Shown here: positions 48,244-63,179 of the stretch, piece by piece
Layout: the number at the start of each line of letters is the position of its first letter
Numbering within the stretch: the stretch's first letter is position 1
DNA from: Pseudomonadota bacterium
GTDB taxonomy: Bacteria; Pseudomonadota; Alphaproteobacteria; UBA8366
Direction of reading: 5' to 3'
Assembly: GCA_036339585.1 (NCBI GenBank)
Contig: JAYZAS010000004.1
Span: forward strand, 254,773-318,772
DNA length: 64,000 nt
Position numbers and translations under genes: made by a program
Notes under the pieces: model-generated
Database searches by the model: none
The model's input: only the letters and a program-made list of their open reading frames with translations
What the model was told of the DNA's origin: nothing

Positions 48244-49020
48244 ATGTCTTACGAACATATTGTTACAACAACGCGGGGACCGGTAGGCATTATTACGCTC
48301 AACAGGCCCGATGCAATGAATGCATTGTGTGCCGATTTGATTGACCAATTATGTATCTCAATTGACGAATTTGAAGATGATCAATCCATAAGATCGATGG
48401 TGCTCACAGGCGGTAATAAAATATTCGCTGCGGGCGCCGATATTAAAGAGATGCAAGACAAAGGCTTTATAGATGTCTATTTGGCTGACTTCATAACCAG
48501 AGGTTGGGAACGAGTAGCAAGCTGCCGAAAACCTATCATTGCCGCTGTCTCTGGATACGCGTTAGGTGGCGGATGTGAATTAGCAATGATGTGCGACTTC
48601 ATCCTCGCGGACGAAAGTGCAAAGTTTGGCCAACCTGAAATCACGATAGGCGCAATACCGGGTGCCGGAGGAACTCAACGGCTAGCCCGTGCTATCGGGA
48701 AGTCAAAGACAATGGAGATGTGCTTGACAGGACGCATGATGGATGCGCAGGAGGCAGAGCGTGCAGGTTTGGTGAGTCGTATTGTACCCTCGGAAGATTT
48801 GCTTTCTGAAGCCGTTAAAACCGCGGAAAAGATCGCATCAATGTCCCTACCAATAGCTATTTTGGCTAAAGAGTCAGTGAATCGTGCCTTTGAAACTACT
48901 TTAGCAGAGGGGCTGTTATTTGAGCGCAGGGCATTTCACTCAACATTTGCAACCAAAGATCAAAAAGAGGGAATGAGCGCATTTGTTGCGAAGCGCAAAC
49001 CTAAGTTTAAAGATTGCTGA
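48244..49020 (+). CDS. Enoyl-CoA hydratase (crotonase family)
   Basis: 258-aa ORF with ITLNRPDAMNAL, FAAGADIKEM and AAVSGYALGGGCELAMMCDFI, the canonical crotonase motifs. Confidence 0.9.
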   Translation: MSYEHIVTTTRGPVGIITLNRPDAMNALCADLIDQLCISIDEFEDDQSIRSMVLTGGNKIFAAGADIKEMQDKGFIDVYLADFITRGWERVASCRKPIIAAVSGYALGGGCELAMMCDFILADESAKFGQPEITIGAIPGAGGTQRLARAIGKSKTMEMCLTGRMMDAQEAERAGLVSRIVPSEDLLSEAVKTAEKIASMSLPIAILAKESVNRAFETTLAEGLLFERRAFHSTFATKDQKEGMSAFVAKRKPKFKDC

Positions 49021-49074
49021 CTTAACCATAAGCCTTGAAGAAATGGCTTGAGAATTTGCCATAACTCGAAGCGC

Positions 49075-49103
49075 TTGACGGCACGCGGTCAGCGGTCTAT
49101 AAG
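49075..49103 (+). promoter_or_regulatory. Possible sigma70-type promoter of rpsT
   Basis: TTGACG (49075-49080), a 17-nt spacer, then TATAAG (49098-49103), about 50 nt upstream of the rpsT ATG. Pattern match only. Confidence 0.4.
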
Positions 49104-49151
49104 CCGCAATCGTTTGAAACACTTTTATAACAGCAATTGCAAAAACACATC

Positions 49152-49418
49152 ATGGCAACAACAGCTTCTGTAAAAAAACGGGTGCGCCAAGCCGCAAAAA
49201 AAAGTGCGAGAAACAGCGCGCGGGTTAATCGGATACGTACATTTGTCCGGAAGGTCGAGGAAGCAATTCTCAGTGGTAATAAAGGTGACGCTTCGAAAGC
49301 CCTAAAGTTGGCTATGCCGGAAATGCATCGTGGTGTAAGCAAGGGTATACTTCGTAAAAATACGGTTGCGCGAAAGTTATCGCGGTTAAACAAACGTATT
49401 CGTAATCTCGAAATCTAA
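49152..49418 (+). CDS. rpsT: 30S ribosomal protein S20
   Basis: The ATG at 49152 gives MATTASVKKRVRQAAKKSARNSARVNRIRTFVRKVEEAI, a typical S20 N-terminus. The track ORF starts 15 nt earlier. Confidence 0.92.
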   Translation: MATTASVKKRVRQAAKKSARNSARVNRIRTFVRKVEEAILSGNKGDASKALKLAMPEMHRGVSKGILRKNTVARKLSRLNKRIRNLEI

Positions 49419-49960
49419 AAAAATTCCTAGCAGTTTTATAACCGAGTCGGACCCAACATCGGAAGACCATGGCGTGTATAAGCTATTTTTCTTCGAAACT
49501 GTCTAACCAACTCGCCTTTTTTTCGCTCCTGGAAGACTAAAAGCAACCCATTCTGGCAGTCGTGAGTTTGTCAACAACTTTATTTTAGATTCTTTGCCTA
49601 TTTACAGATGAAACCCATTGCAGTGCATTTGGGCGGTGTTTACAGTGTCGGTTCTGTCCTTCAGGGAGGTCAGTGAGCGTGAGAGCCTTGAAAGTTATAA
49701 TTTTTGGTTTGTGTTGAGGTTTAGATAAACAGAGAAGTAACACGTTTAGAGAGTTCAGAAGGTTGTTAGGGTGCAGATGGGCATGGTCGCGTCACAATGT
49801 ATCATATATCACCACACAGCACTCTAATTATGAGGTTACCATGTTCTCACAACCGCGTAATTACATCTTCTTTGCGGATGTATGTGGTGTCAGTCCGACC
49901 ATTCCCTGACGAACGGGTCGTCATTTCGGGGCCTACGGGTCTGTTGGGGATACACAGTAG

Positions 49961-51310
49961 ATGTCAGAATCTTTGCCTGCGCAATGGGCTCGAATTCGAA
50001 GCCGACTGCGAGCTGAATATGGAGAAGCCGCTTACAGAAGCTGGCTGAAACCACTTACTTTGAGCGGAACCTCGGATGAGGTTGTTCAGCTAACTGTGCC
50101 AACTCGATTTATGAGAGATTGGGTGGAGGCACAATATGGCGAGAGGTTATTAAGTCTGTGGACTAGTGAGAATTCCTCAATTAAGAATGTTGATATTCTG
50201 CTTGAGGGTAGCGCTGCAGCTCAGCTAGTAGAAAGTCAGGCAGCAACAATGAAAACAGCGGCCGTTACTGAAGCACGACAAGCAGACATTAGTGCTCCCT
50301 TGGACCCTCGATTTACTTTCGACAATTTCATTGTTGGAAAGCCAAACGAGTTAGCGTTTGCTGCCGCGCGACGCGTTGCCGAAGCGGCAACAGTTCCCTT
50401 TAATCCGTTATTTTTATACGGGGGCGTTGGGCTTGGAAAAACGCATCTTTTACATGCAATCGCTTGGCATATACGGAAGCGAAGCCCTAAACGTCGTGTC
50501 GTTTATCTATCAGCTGAGAAATTTATGTATCAGTTCATACGCGCACTTCGATATAAAGACACAGTGGCGTTTAAAGAACAATTCAGAAGTGTTGATGTTT
50601 TAATGATTGATGATGTCCAGTTTATTGCTGGAAAAGACAATACGCAGGAGGAGTTCTTTCACACCTTCAATGCGCTAGTCGACCAAAACCATCAAGTGAT
50701 CATTTCTGCAGACAAATCGCCAAATGATCTAGAGGGCATGGAAGACAGAATGAAATCACGCTTGGGCTGGGGCCTTGTCGCTGACATTCACCCTACGACT
50801 TACGAATTGCGGCTTGGAATATTACAGGTAAAAGCTGAGCAGCTTGAGGCGGAAATACCCCCAAAGGTCATGGAGTTCTTGGCACACAAAATAACTTCCA
50901 ATGTAAGGGAGCTGGAGGGAGCCTTGAATCGTATTGTGGCGTATGCGAATTTGGTTGGCCGATCGGTCAGTCTTGAAGGAACTCAAGAGGTTTTACACGA
51001 TATACTTCGCGCAAATGATCGGCGAGTAACAATCGAAGAGATTCAAAAGAGAGTTGCCGAACACTACAACATACGGCAGTCGGAAATGTATTCCTCGCGT
51101 CGCGCCCGGGCGGTTGCCCGACCTCGCCAGGTAGCAATGTACCTTTCAAAGCAATTGACATCTCGCTCCTTACCAGAAATCGGTCGTAAATTTGGTGGCC
51201 GCGATCACACAACGGTGATGCATGCGGTACGCAAGATAGAGGAGTTGCGCGTTACCGATAATAGCTTTGCTGAGGATATCGAGTTGTTACGGCGCATGCT
51301 AGAGGGCTAA
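49961..51310 (+). CDS. dnaA: Chromosomal replication initiator protein DnaA
   Basis: 449-aa ORF with [20 protein letters not shown], the sensor motifs, [11 protein letters not shown] and the C-terminal DNA-binding [11 protein letters not shown]. Confidence 0.98.
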   Translation: MSESLPAQWARIRSRLRAEYGEAAYRSWLKPLTLSGTSDEVVQLTVPTRFMRDWVEAQYGERLLSLWTSENSSIKNVDILLEGSAAAQLVESQAATMKTAAVTEARQADISAPLDPRFTFDNFIVGKPNELAFAAARRVAEAATVPFNPLFLYGGVGLGKTHLLHAIAWHIRKRSPKRRVVYLSAEKFMYQFIRALRYKDTVAFKEQFRSVDVLMIDDVQFIAGKDNTQEEFFHTFNALVDQNHQVIISADKSPNDLEGMEDRMKSRLGWGLVADIHPTTYELRLGILQVKAEQLEAEIPPKVMEFLAHKITSNVRELEGALNRIVAYANLVGRSVSLEGTQEVLHDILRANDRRVTIEEIQKRVAEHYNIRQSEMYSSRRARAVARPRQVAMYLSKQLTSRSLPEIGRKFGGRDHTTVMHAVRKIEELRVTDNSFAEDIELLRRMLEG

Positions 51311-51557
51311 AATGTTGCAATTTGCAGGCATTCTAGAGGTCCGAATCGCTATGGTAACTTATATATATAAAACATATAGATAGGTCTCTCTTGCTGTAAT
51401 CCTTAGCTTTGAAAATTGCTGCAGGCGCGTTATTCCTATGCTATAAATCATTTTACTATGAAAGAGGCGTTTTGAGGTATAGCGACGCGCCTCGAAGTTA
51501 GATTCGAAAAGCACATTTTTACAATATGAATTATTTCGATAAAAAATGGGAAACACG

Positions 51558-52676
51558 ATGAAACTGACGATTGAACGCGCAGCATTGCTGCGATCACTGA
51601 ATCACGTGCAAAGTGTCGTAGAACGACGCAATACAATCCCCATTCTCTCAAATGTACATTTCAATGTTCACGAGAATCGGCTAGCAATGACCGCAACGGA
51701 TATGGATCTTGCTATTGTCGAGACTGTCGATGCCGCACCAGACAGTGGCGGCTCGACTACCGCACCGGCACACACGCTTTACGACATAGTTCGGAAATTG
51801 CCCGAAGGTGCACAAATAGGCTTGGATGCAAATGGTGAAGAAGATCGCTTAATTCTTACATCTGGAAGATCACGATTTACCCTGCAAACCCTACCAACAG
51901 CAGACTTTCCACAAATGTCTGACGGCGATCTACCAGCCGTTTTTAAGTTACCCGCAGACGAGTTAAGGATGCTTATAGATCGAACTCGGTTTGCAATATC
52001 TACCGAGGAAACACGTTATTACCTAAATGGCTTATACGTTCATAAAGCTGAGGCCAATGGCATCCCCGTTCTACGTGTTGTAGCGACCGATGGTCATCGT
52101 CTCGCGAGAGTGGAAATGCCGCTGCCAAATGGCGCAAGCGACATGCCGGGAATAATTGTACCCCGCAAGGCAATAAATGAGCTCCGAAAACTAATTGACG
52201 AAACTGAGGATGACGTTGAAATAGCGCTATCTGACACTAAAATTCGCTTCAGCTTCGATAATGTGGTGTTAAGCTCCAAACTTATTGATGGCACCTTCCC
52301 CGATTACGATCGCGTGATCCCCGACGGCAATGACAAAACGCTGGAAGTAAACTGTGAAGACTTCGCAGCTGCCGTGGATAGAGTGGCAACAATCTCGACT
52401 GACAAGTCACGAGCTATTAAATTATCGGTGGACGCTGGCACTATCGTTCTTTCGGCATCAAGCCCCGAGAGCGGCACGGCGTCAGAAGAAATAGAAGTCG
52501 ATTATTCCCAGGGGCCTATAGAAATTGGATTTAATGCTAGGTATTTATTAGATATTGCACAGCAGATAGAAGGTAATATGGCCCAATTTGTAATGGCAGA
52601 CTCGGCTTCTCCTACAATTGTACGTGATACTGACGATCCTACCTCACTGTATGTCTTGATGCCGATGCGTGTGTAG
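51558..52676 (+). CDS. dnaN: DNA polymerase III beta sliding clamp
   Basis: The ATG at 51558 gives MKLTIERAALLRSLNHVQSVVERRNTIPILSNV, and the C-terminus is YVLMPMRV. The track ORF starts 12 nt earlier. Confidence 0.97.
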   Translation: MKLTIERAALLRSLNHVQSVVERRNTIPILSNVHFNVHENRLAMTATDMDLAIVETVDAAPDSGGSTTAPAHTLYDIVRKLPEGAQIGLDANGEEDRLILTSGRSRFTLQTLPTADFPQMSDGDLPAVFKLPADELRMLIDRTRFAISTEETRYYLNGLYVHKAEANGIPVLRVVATDGHRLARVEMPLPNGASDMPGIIVPRKAINELRKLIDETEDDVEIALSDTKIRFSFDNVVLSSKLIDGTFPDYDRVIPDGNDKTLEVNCEDFAAAVDRVATISTDKSRAIKLSVDAGTIVLSASSPESGTASEEIEVDYSQGPIEIGFNARYLLDIAQQIEGNMAQFVMADSASPTIVRDTDDPTSLYVLMPMRV

Positions 52677-52739
52677 GTGAAGAATGGGGCTAATAGGAAT
52701 ATTGTCTAAAATCGCGATAGCAGTTGTGCTGAAGTAGCC

Positions 52740-56374
<3,635 letters not shown>

Positions 56375-56471
56375 AAAATTGCTCGTCTTTAGTAAGCAAA
56401 CGCAGGTTTACATTGAGTTATTTTCACACGTGAGATATTGGTAGAAACTTGAGACGATAAAAGGTCGGTGT

Positions 56472-56999
56472 TTGGTTTTGAATTTAAAGAAACAGTCTAG
56501 CTACAGCTTCGAAGATTTAATCGAATGCGCTCACGGGCGACTTTTCGGTCCCGGCAACGCGCAGTTGCCGTTACCCCCTATGTTAATGATTGACCGTATT
56601 ACGCACATCTCTGATGATGGAGGAAACTTCGGCAAAGGAGAAATCGTAGCCGAACTTGATATCGAGCCAGACCTTTGGTTTTTTAGTTGCCATTTTGAGG
56701 GAGACCCAGTGATGCCAGGTTGTCTTGGACTTGATGCAATGTGGCAGTTAGTTGGTTTCTTCCTCGGCTGGAAAGATGGCCCTGGGAAAGGCCGGGCGCT
56801 TGGTGTTGGCGAAGTTAAATTTACAGGCCAAGTTTTAAAAACTGTTAAAAAAATTACGTATCACATTAATATGAAGCGTGTAATTATGCGCAGGTTAGTG
56901 ATGGGTATAGCGGATGGCGTTCTCAAAGCGGATGGGGAACCAATCTATGAAGTAAAAGATATGCGAGTTGGACTGTTTACACCTCAAGAGACAACATAA
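56472..56999 (+). CDS. fabA: 3-hydroxydecanoyl-ACP dehydratase / trans-2-decenoyl-ACP isomerase
   Basis: 175-aa ORF with a TTG start in the track. [22 protein letters not shown] and the active-site region [24 protein letters not shown] are FabA-specific. Confidence 0.93.
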   Translation: MVLNLKKQSSYSFEDLIECAHGRLFGPGNAQLPLPPMLMIDRITHISDDGGNFGKGEIVAELDIEPDLWFFSCHFEGDPVMPGCLGLDAMWQLVGFFLGWKDGPGKGRALGVGEVKFTGQVLKTVKKITYHINMKRVIMRRLVMGIADGVLKADGEPIYEVKDMRVGLFTPQETT

Positions 57000-57023
57000 A
57001 CACGCGATCTTCTAGGAGTGCAC

Positions 57024-58241
57024 ATGCGACGCGTTGCAATAACCGGCTTAGGCATAGTCTCAAGCATCGGCAATAACAAAGGTGAAGTGCTAGATTCTCT
57101 TAAACAGGGCAGGTCAGGCATAGAGTATTGTGAAGAATATGAGGAACGGGGTCTCCGTAGCCATGTACATGGCTCGGTCAAAATAGATATTGAAAAACAC
57201 GTAGACAGGAAAATTCTCCGTTTCATGGGCGATGGCGCTGCATACAATTACATCGCAATGGAAGAGGCAATTGCGGATGCCGGCTTGGAAGAAAATGAAG
57301 TTTCTAGTGAAAAAACCGGTATGATTATGGGGTCGGGTGGACCATCAACCAAGAATCTATTGCTTGCGTGGGATACAGCTCGTGAACGTGGACCAAAACG
57401 CATTGGCCCGTACATGGTCCCTCGTACTATGTCCAGCACAAATTCTGCAACTCTTGCTACACCTTTCAAAATCAGGGGAGTTAATTATTCAATAAGTTCC
57501 GCCTGTGCAACTAGCGCCCACTGCATTGGAAATGCCAGTGAGCTTATCCAATGGGGAAAGCAAAATATAATGCTAGCCGGTGGAGGAGAAGAGTTAGATT
57601 GGACAATGACCTCACTATTTGACGCTATGCCCGCTCTCTCTTCCAGCTACAACGAGACACCAGAAAAAGCTAGCCGACCCTATGATGTCGATCGTGACGG
57701 ATTCGTGATTGCTGGGGGTGGTGGGGTGATTGTGCTGGAAGAACTCGAGCATGCGAAAGCACGCGGCGCTCATATTTATGCGGAATTAGTGGGTTACGGT
57801 GCCACATCAGATGGTTACGATATGGTTCAACCATCGGGTGAAGGTGCAGCACGCTGCATGAAAAATGCTACCAGCGGGCTTAATATTCCGGTAAATTATG
57901 TTAATGCCCATGGCACTTCGACGCCAGTTGGTGACATTAAAGAGTTAGAAGCATTGAAAACCGTGTTTGGGGATCATATGCCTACTATTAGCTCAACAAA
58001 ATCTTTAACCGGCCATTCACTAGGGGCAACGGGAGTTCACGAATCGATTTATTCTGTCCTCATGATGGAACATCGCTTTATTTCAGCTTCAGCAAATATT
58101 GAGAACCTAGATCCCGGCGCTGAAGGTTTGCCAATTACCCGAGAACGAATTGACAACATTGACCTTGACTGCGTGGTCTCTAACAGTTTTGGTTTTGGTG
58201 GCACTAATGCAAGCTTAGTGTTCAAACGTTACAACGGTTAG
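57024..58241 (+). CDS. fabB: Beta-ketoacyl-ACP synthase I
   Basis: The ATG at 57024 is preceded by an AGGAG RBS at 57014-57018 and gives [18 protein letters not shown]. The active-site Cys lies in [13 protein letters not shown], with the HGTSTPVGD and GHSLGA motifs. Located after fabA, as expected for fabAB. Confidence 0.93.
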   Translation: MRRVAITGLGIVSSIGNNKGEVLDSLKQGRSGIEYCEEYEERGLRSHVHGSVKIDIEKHVDRKILRFMGDGAAYNYIAMEEAIADAGLEENEVSSEKTGMIMGSGGPSTKNLLLAWDTARERGPKRIGPYMVPRTMSSTNSATLATPFKIRGVNYSISSACATSAHCIGNASELIQWGKQNIMLAGGGEELDWTMTSLFDAMPALSSSYNETPEKASRPYDVDRDGFVIAGGGGVIVLEELEHAKARGAHIYAELVGYGATSDGYDMVQPSGEGAARCMKNATSGLNIPVNYVNAHGTSTPVGDIKELEALKTVFGDHMPTISSTKSLTGHSLGATGVHESIYSVLMMEHRFISASANIENLDPGAEGLPITRERIDNIDLDCVVSNSFGFGGTNASLVFKRYNG

Positions 58242-58289
58242 AGCAGGACTACAAAATTAACCCTCATACATTCCCGGAGTTACTCAGTA

Positions 58290-59090
58290 ATGGGAACTGC
58301 CAAGTTACTATCCGGAAAACGCGGCCTCATAATGGGAGTCGCGAATGATCACTCAATAGCGTGGGGCATATCCTCAATCTTACATGCGGCCGGTGCCGAG
58401 TTAGCCTTTACCTTTCAGTCAGAAGCGTTTGCACGACGCGTTAAGCCACTCGCTGCATCAGTTGGCTCTGACATAGTATTGCCTTGTGACGTTACAAATG
58501 ATGAAAGCCTTGATTCTGTCTTTACTGAAGTTGAGTCACGTTGGGGAAAGCTCGATTTTTTACTTCATGCAATTGCCTATTCCGACAAAGAAGAACTGAA
58601 GGGCCGATATGTTAACACAACTAGAACGAATTTTAGATCAACCATGGATATTTCATGTTACTCATTTTCTGCAGTAGCACTTCGCGCTTCTCCATTGATG
58701 AAAGATGGAGGAAGCTTGGTAACGCTCACGTACTCAGGCTCAGAGCGTGTAATGCCAAACTACAATGTCATGGGCGTCGCAAAAGCGGCTTTAGAAGCGA
58801 GCGTGAAGTATTTAGCCGTCGACCTTGGGGGTAATGGAATAAGAGTTAATGCGATCTCCGCTGGTCCTATGAGAACTCTTGCAGGTTCTGCAATAGCGAG
58901 TGCGCGCACAGTTTATCGGTGGCAGGGAGAACATGCACCACTGAAACGCAACATTGATATGAGCGATGTTGGAGGCGCCGCACTCTATCTTTTCTCAAAC
59001 ATGTCAACCGGTGTAACAGGAGAGACCCATTATGTGGATGCTGGATATAATGTAATAGGCATGGTGAATTTAGCCGACAACTGCCCTTGA
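58290..59090 (+). CDS. fabI: Enoyl-ACP reductase (NADH), FabI
   Basis: 266-aa ORF with GKRGLIMGVANDHSIAWGI, the Tyr/Lys catalytic region YNVMGVAKAALEASVKYLA and NAISAGPMRTLA. Confidence 0.93.
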   Translation: MGTAKLLSGKRGLIMGVANDHSIAWGISSILHAAGAELAFTFQSEAFARRVKPLAASVGSDIVLPCDVTNDESLDSVFTEVESRWGKLDFLLHAIAYSDKEELKGRYVNTTRTNFRSTMDISCYSFSAVALRASPLMKDGGSLVTLTYSGSERVMPNYNVMGVAKAALEASVKYLAVDLGGNGIRVNAISAGPMRTLAGSAIASARTVYRWQGEHAPLKRNIDMSDVGGAALYLFSNMSTGVTGETHYVDAGYNVIGMVNLADNCP

Positions 59091-59163
59091 CACCCAACAC
59101 CTCGAGTTGTTTGCATTCGCAGCTAGCAATGTGCTCTCTACAAATGAAATTCGGGCTTACATA

Positions 59164-61323
59164 TTAGTCATTTTTATTGCGGGGCCGGCGCTCCCGGCGA
59201 GGTTCTCGATCTTTGCGCTCTACTGGCACTTCTTCACCGGTGCTTTGATCGACTGCTCTCATTGATAATTTAACCTTGCCACGATCGTCGACCGCTAAAA
59301 CTAGGACTTTCACTTCCTGACCCTCTGATACCACATCACTAACGGACGGAACACGTTCATTAGCTAATTCCGATATATGAACTAACCCATCCTTAGAGCC
59401 AAGGAAATTCACAAATGCACCAAAATCAACAATCTTTACAACCTTCCCTTCATATACCTTGCCAACTTCTGGCTCAGCTACTATCGACTGGATCCACGCA
59501 ATAGCCCTCTCCCCAGCCTCATTGTCAACCGAAGCTACCTTGATCGTTCCATCGTCTTCGATGTCCACTTTTGCTCCCGTGGTCTCACAAATTTCACGAA
59601 TGACTTTCCCTCCAGTGCCTATGACGTCACGAATCTTCTCACGCGCAATCTGGAAGGTGGTAATTCGAGGTGCATTCTGTGATACATCTTCACGAGCTGA
59701 AGTTATTGCGTCCTTCATTTCAGCAAGTATATGCAATCTTCCGTCTCTCGCTTGGTCCAAGGCAACCTGCATTATCTCTTCTGTGATGGATGTAATCTTG
59801 ATATCCATCTGCAGGGCCGTTACCCCCTCTTCGGTGCCAGCAACCTTGAAATCCATATCACCCAAGTGATCCTCATCACCTAAAATATCCGACAGGACTG
59901 CAAACTTTTCCCCTTCCTTTATGAGCCCCATAGCGATACCAGCGCATGGCCGCTTCATCGGAACACCAGCATCCATGAGAGACATGGACGTACCGCACAC
60001 TGTCGCCATTGACGAAGAGCCGTTACTTTCTGTGATCTCAGAAACGACCCTAACAGTATAGGGGAAGTCCTCATGCTCTGGCATCAGTGGCCTAATTGCA
60101 CGCCACGCGAGTTTTCCGTGTCCGATCTCACGTCGCCCAGGAGAACCAACGCGCCCGGCTTCCCCTACCGAGTATGGAGGAAAGTTATAGTGGAGCATAA
60201 AGCGGCGGCGATATTCACCCTCTATAGCATCAATGATTTGTTCATCCTGGCCGGTACCAAGCGTTGTAATAACGAAAGCCTGCGTTTCACCACGGGTAAA
60301 CAGGGATGACCCATGGCTTCGCTCTAAGACACCCACCTCACACTCAATAGGGCGGACCGATGAAGTATCGCGTCCATCGATACGCTGCCCTGTTTCTAAA
60401 ATATTGCCGCGAACCACATCCTTTTCTAGGTCTTTAAAAATAGATGCCGCAAGCTCTATATCCTGCTCCTCGGTCTCAAGCTGATCAAGGACGCTATGCT
60501 TGAGTTCAGTTATTGACTCCATGCGATCTTGTTTAGATTTTATTTCGTAAGCACGACGAAGCGGCTTTTCTGCGCGATCTTTAAGTATTTTCAAAACCTC
60601 ATCTTGTCCCTCCGGAGCCTTGGGCAAATCCCATGGCTCTTTCGCTGAAGATTCGGCCATGGATATGATTGCATCTATAACCGGCTGGAACTGTTCGTGA
60701 CCGAACATTACCGACCCAAGCATCACTTCTTCTGATAATTCTCTGGCCTGGCTCTCTACCATTAAAACACCCTCACGCGTGCCTGCGACCACAAGATCTA
60801 AATCAGTGTCTTCCATCTCGCCTAGACGAGGATTCAGGATAAACTCTCCGTCTTGGTATCCAACCCGGCAAGCACCAAGAGGCCCGAAGAACGGCACACC
60901 CGATATTGTTAGTGCAGCTGACGCACCTATTAGGGAAACTATGTCAGGATCATTTTCCATGTCGTGTGCTAATACGGTGCAGATGATTTGGGTTTCATTT
61001 CGGAACCCTTTAGGAAATAATGGTCTTATTGGGCGATCTATTAAACGCGAGGTGAGCGTTTCCTTTTCACTGGGTCGTCCCTCACGCTTAAAAAAACCTC
61101 CCGGTATTTTACCAGCCGCAAAGGCTTTTTCCTGATAATTAACAGTTAGAGGAAAGAAATCGACTCCTTGACGTGGGTTTTTTGCGGCAACAGCGGTGCA
61201 TAACACTTGGGTCCCACCATAAGTTGTCATTACAGCACCATCAGCCTGACGTGCTATTTTCCCCGCCTCCAATACCAAAGGGCGGCCGCCCCATTCTATT
61301 TCTTTCTTTGTAACATCAAACAT
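59164..61323 (-). CDS. pnp: Polyribonucleotide nucleotidyltransferase (PNPase)
   Basis: The ATG at 61323 is preceded by a GAAGGAAA RBS and gives [31 protein letters not shown]. There are two RNase PH domains, a KH domain, an S1 domain ([20 protein letters not shown]) and a basic tail. The track ORF adds 21 upstream codons. Confidence 0.97.
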   Translation of the reverse strand: MFDVTKKEIEWGGRPLVLEAGKIARQADGAVMTTYGGTQVLCTAVAAKNPRQGVDFFPLTVNYQEKAFAAGKIPGGFFKREGRPSEKETLTSRLIDRPIRPLFPKGFRNETQIICTVLAHDMENDPDIVSLIGASAALTISGVPFFGPLGACRVGYQDGEFILNPRLGEMEDTDLDLVVAGTREGVLMVESQARELSEEVMLGSVMFGHEQFQPVIDAIISMAESSAKEPWDLPKAPEGQDEVLKILKDRAEKPLRRAYEIKSKQDRMESITELKHSVLDQLETEEQDIELAASIFKDLEKDVVRGNILETGQRIDGRDTSSVRPIECEVGVLERSHGSSLFTRGETQAFVITTLGTGQDEQIIDAIEGEYRRRFMLHYNFPPYSVGEAGRVGSPGRREIGHGKLAWRAIRPLMPEHEDFPYTVRVVSEITESNGSSSMATVCGTSMSLMDAGVPMKRPCAGIAMGLIKEGEKFAVLSDILGDEDHLGDMDFKVAGTEEGVTALQMDIKITSITEEIMQVALDQARDGRLHILAEMKDAITSAREDVSQNAPRITTFQIAREKIRDVIGTGGKVIREICETTGAKVDIEDDGTIKVASVDNEAGERAIAWIQSIVAEPEVGKVYEGKVVKIVDFGAFVNFLGSKDGLVHISELANERVPSVSDVVSEGQEVKVLVLAVDDRGKVKLSMRAVDQSTGEEVPVERKDREPRRERRPRNKND

Positions 61324-61510
61324 CTCTATTTCCTTCACATACTTACCGCTAAAATTGCGTTGTTCAACCCCGGTGTGCAACGGCATTAAATAAAGAGACC
61401 ATGCCTAGTTGGCCTCAACTGATCATTCTCGACTCTGAGATTTTCTCACTCGGCTAGGTCAGACAAAGACAAACCCTATTTTGCCTGTGAGGAGGGTCGT
61501 TAATAACTCC

Positions 61511-61780
61511 TCAGCGACGTAAATCAAGCCGTTTGAGAAGAGATTCGTAGCGGCTCACGTCTTTACGCTTCACATAATCTAGAAGACGCCTTCGTTGACC
61601 CACCATCATTAATAATCCACGGCGAGAGTGAAAATCCTTTTTGTGCGACTGCATATGCTGGGTGAGATTGCGAATACGCTCGGTTAATACCGCTATTTGC
61701 ACATCAGCTGAACCGGTATCACCTGCTTTGATTGCAAACTCAGCTATGAGCTCTTTTTTCCGTTCCAATCCAATCGACAT
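61511..61780 (-). CDS. rpsO: 30S ribosomal protein S15
   Basis: [69 protein letters not shown] is canonical S15. The second Met is taken as the start. Confidence 0.95.
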   Translation of the reverse strand: MSIGLERKKELIAEFAIKAGDTGSADVQIAVLTERIRNLTQHMQSHKKDFHSRRGLLMMVGQRRRLLDYVKRKDVSRYESLLKRLDLRR

Positions 61781-61794
61781 CATATTCTCCTTTT

Positions 61795-62724
61795 TTATAG
61801 ATTGATCACTTTGAAAGGTCGCATTTTCCCGGCGCTGACTTTAGCCAGCGCCAACGGCTTCCCCTGATCGGTGGCCAAAACGGTGGCTCCGTCGCTTAAA
61901 TCGGTAACCCGCTCTATGTCTCCCTTCCGCAGTAATGTCACAGTTTGACCGTGACGCAATTTTGAGGCTTCAGTTTCTGTCAAGGCCAACGCCGGGATGT
62001 CGTCCAGCGCAGCCTCCACAGGAAGAAGATACTTCAAAACCGCGGCAATGTGCCCAAATTCTTTCAATTCGTCCAGTGAAATTCCATTATCGAGTGAAAA
62101 AGGTCCTACTCTGGTCCGACGCAGTTGGGTCAAATGCCCGACCGTTCCCAGTGCAACGGCCAGATCACGTGCTAGAGCACGCATGTAAGCTCCGGCGCCA
62201 GAGACTACTCGAAAAAGTGCGTGGTCAACATCCAGCATATCTAGCAGGGCTAACTCATAGATACGTATGTTTCTAGATGGAATATCAAAAGTCTTCCCCT
62301 TTCTAGCAAGATTATAGGCCCTCTCACCTCCTACTTTTATTGCAGAAAACGCTGGTGGTATTTGTTCAATTAGACCTGTAAATGTAGGTATTAGACTTTC
62401 AATTGCCTTACGGTCTGGGCGGATATCCGATGTCGCGGTTATAAATCCCTCACTATCATCAGTAGAACTTGCTTTGCCCCATTCCACTGTAAACTCGTAT
62501 TCTTTTTTTCTGTTTACAATATAAGGCACCGTCTTTGTAGCTTCACCTAATGCAATCGGGAGGATCCCCGTTGCAAGGGGGTCTAAGGTGCCACTGTGGC
62601 CCGCTTTCGTCGCGTTAGCCAATTTCTTAATAATTGCCACTGTTTTAGTTGAGGTAATCCCTTCAGGCTTATCTATTACAAACCAGCCATGTACCGGATC
62701 ACCTTTTCGGTTGCGCCGTCCCAT
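61795..62724 (-). CDS. truB: tRNA pseudouridine(55) synthase
   Basis: 309-aa ORF with [14 protein letters not shown], the catalytic [12 protein letters not shown] and [16 protein letters not shown]. Confidence 0.95.
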   Translation of the reverse strand: MGRRNRKGDPVHGWFVIDKPEGITSTKTVAIIKKLANATKAGHSGTLDPLATGILPIALGEATKTVPYIVNRKKEYEFTVEWGKASSTDDSEGFITATSDIRPDRKAIESLIPTFTGLIEQIPPAFSAIKVGGERAYNLARKGKTFDIPSRNIRIYELALLDMLDVDHALFRVVSGAGAYMRALARDLAVALGTVGHLTQLRRTRVGPFSLDNGISLDELKEFGHIAAVLKYLLPVEAALDDIPALALTETEASKLRHGQTVTLLRKGDIERVTDLSDGATVLATDQGKPLALAKVSAGKMRPFKVINL

Positions 62725-62745
62725 TTTTTGTTTGTCCTAATGTCT

Positions 62746-63126
62746 TTAGGGAGCCAAATCCCGAATAACGCCGGGATCTGCCAAAAGCCTGTTGATTTCA
62801 CTCGCGTTATCAAAGGAATAGTCACTTACAAAAGTTAACTTAGGAAGATACTTAAGTCGCACTCTGCGCCCAACCTCACTGCGCAAAAACGATGACGCTC
62901 TGCCCAATGCGCCAACGACTAGTTTTTTATCAGAACCCCCGAGAGGCACCACATAAACCGTTGCGTTGCGCATATCGGCACTTACCTGAACTTCACAGAC
63001 TGTTATTGACCTTCCTGCTAGATCAGGGTCACGTAAGTCTCCGTTAGTGAACAGCTCGGCTAACACGTGACGCAGCTGCTCCCCAACCCTTAATTGGCGT
63101 ACCGACCGTTTTTTTTTCTTAGCCAT
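62746..63126 (-). CDS. rbfA: Ribosome-binding factor A
   Basis: 126-aa ORF with RQLRVGEQLRHVLAELF and ITVCEVQVSADMRNATVYV, typical RbfA. Positioned infB-rbfA-truB-rpsO-pnp. Confidence 0.9.
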   Translation of the reverse strand: MAKKKKRSVRQLRVGEQLRHVLAELFTNGDLRDPDLAGRSITVCEVQVSADMRNATVYVVPLGGSDKKLVVGALGRASSFLRSEVGRRVRLKYLPKLTFVSDYSFDNASEINRLLADPGVIRDLAP

Positions 63127-63179
63127 TTTAAATTACCAAATGAAAAGAAAGACGGAGTATTTTTTGCACTTTTTTAACG

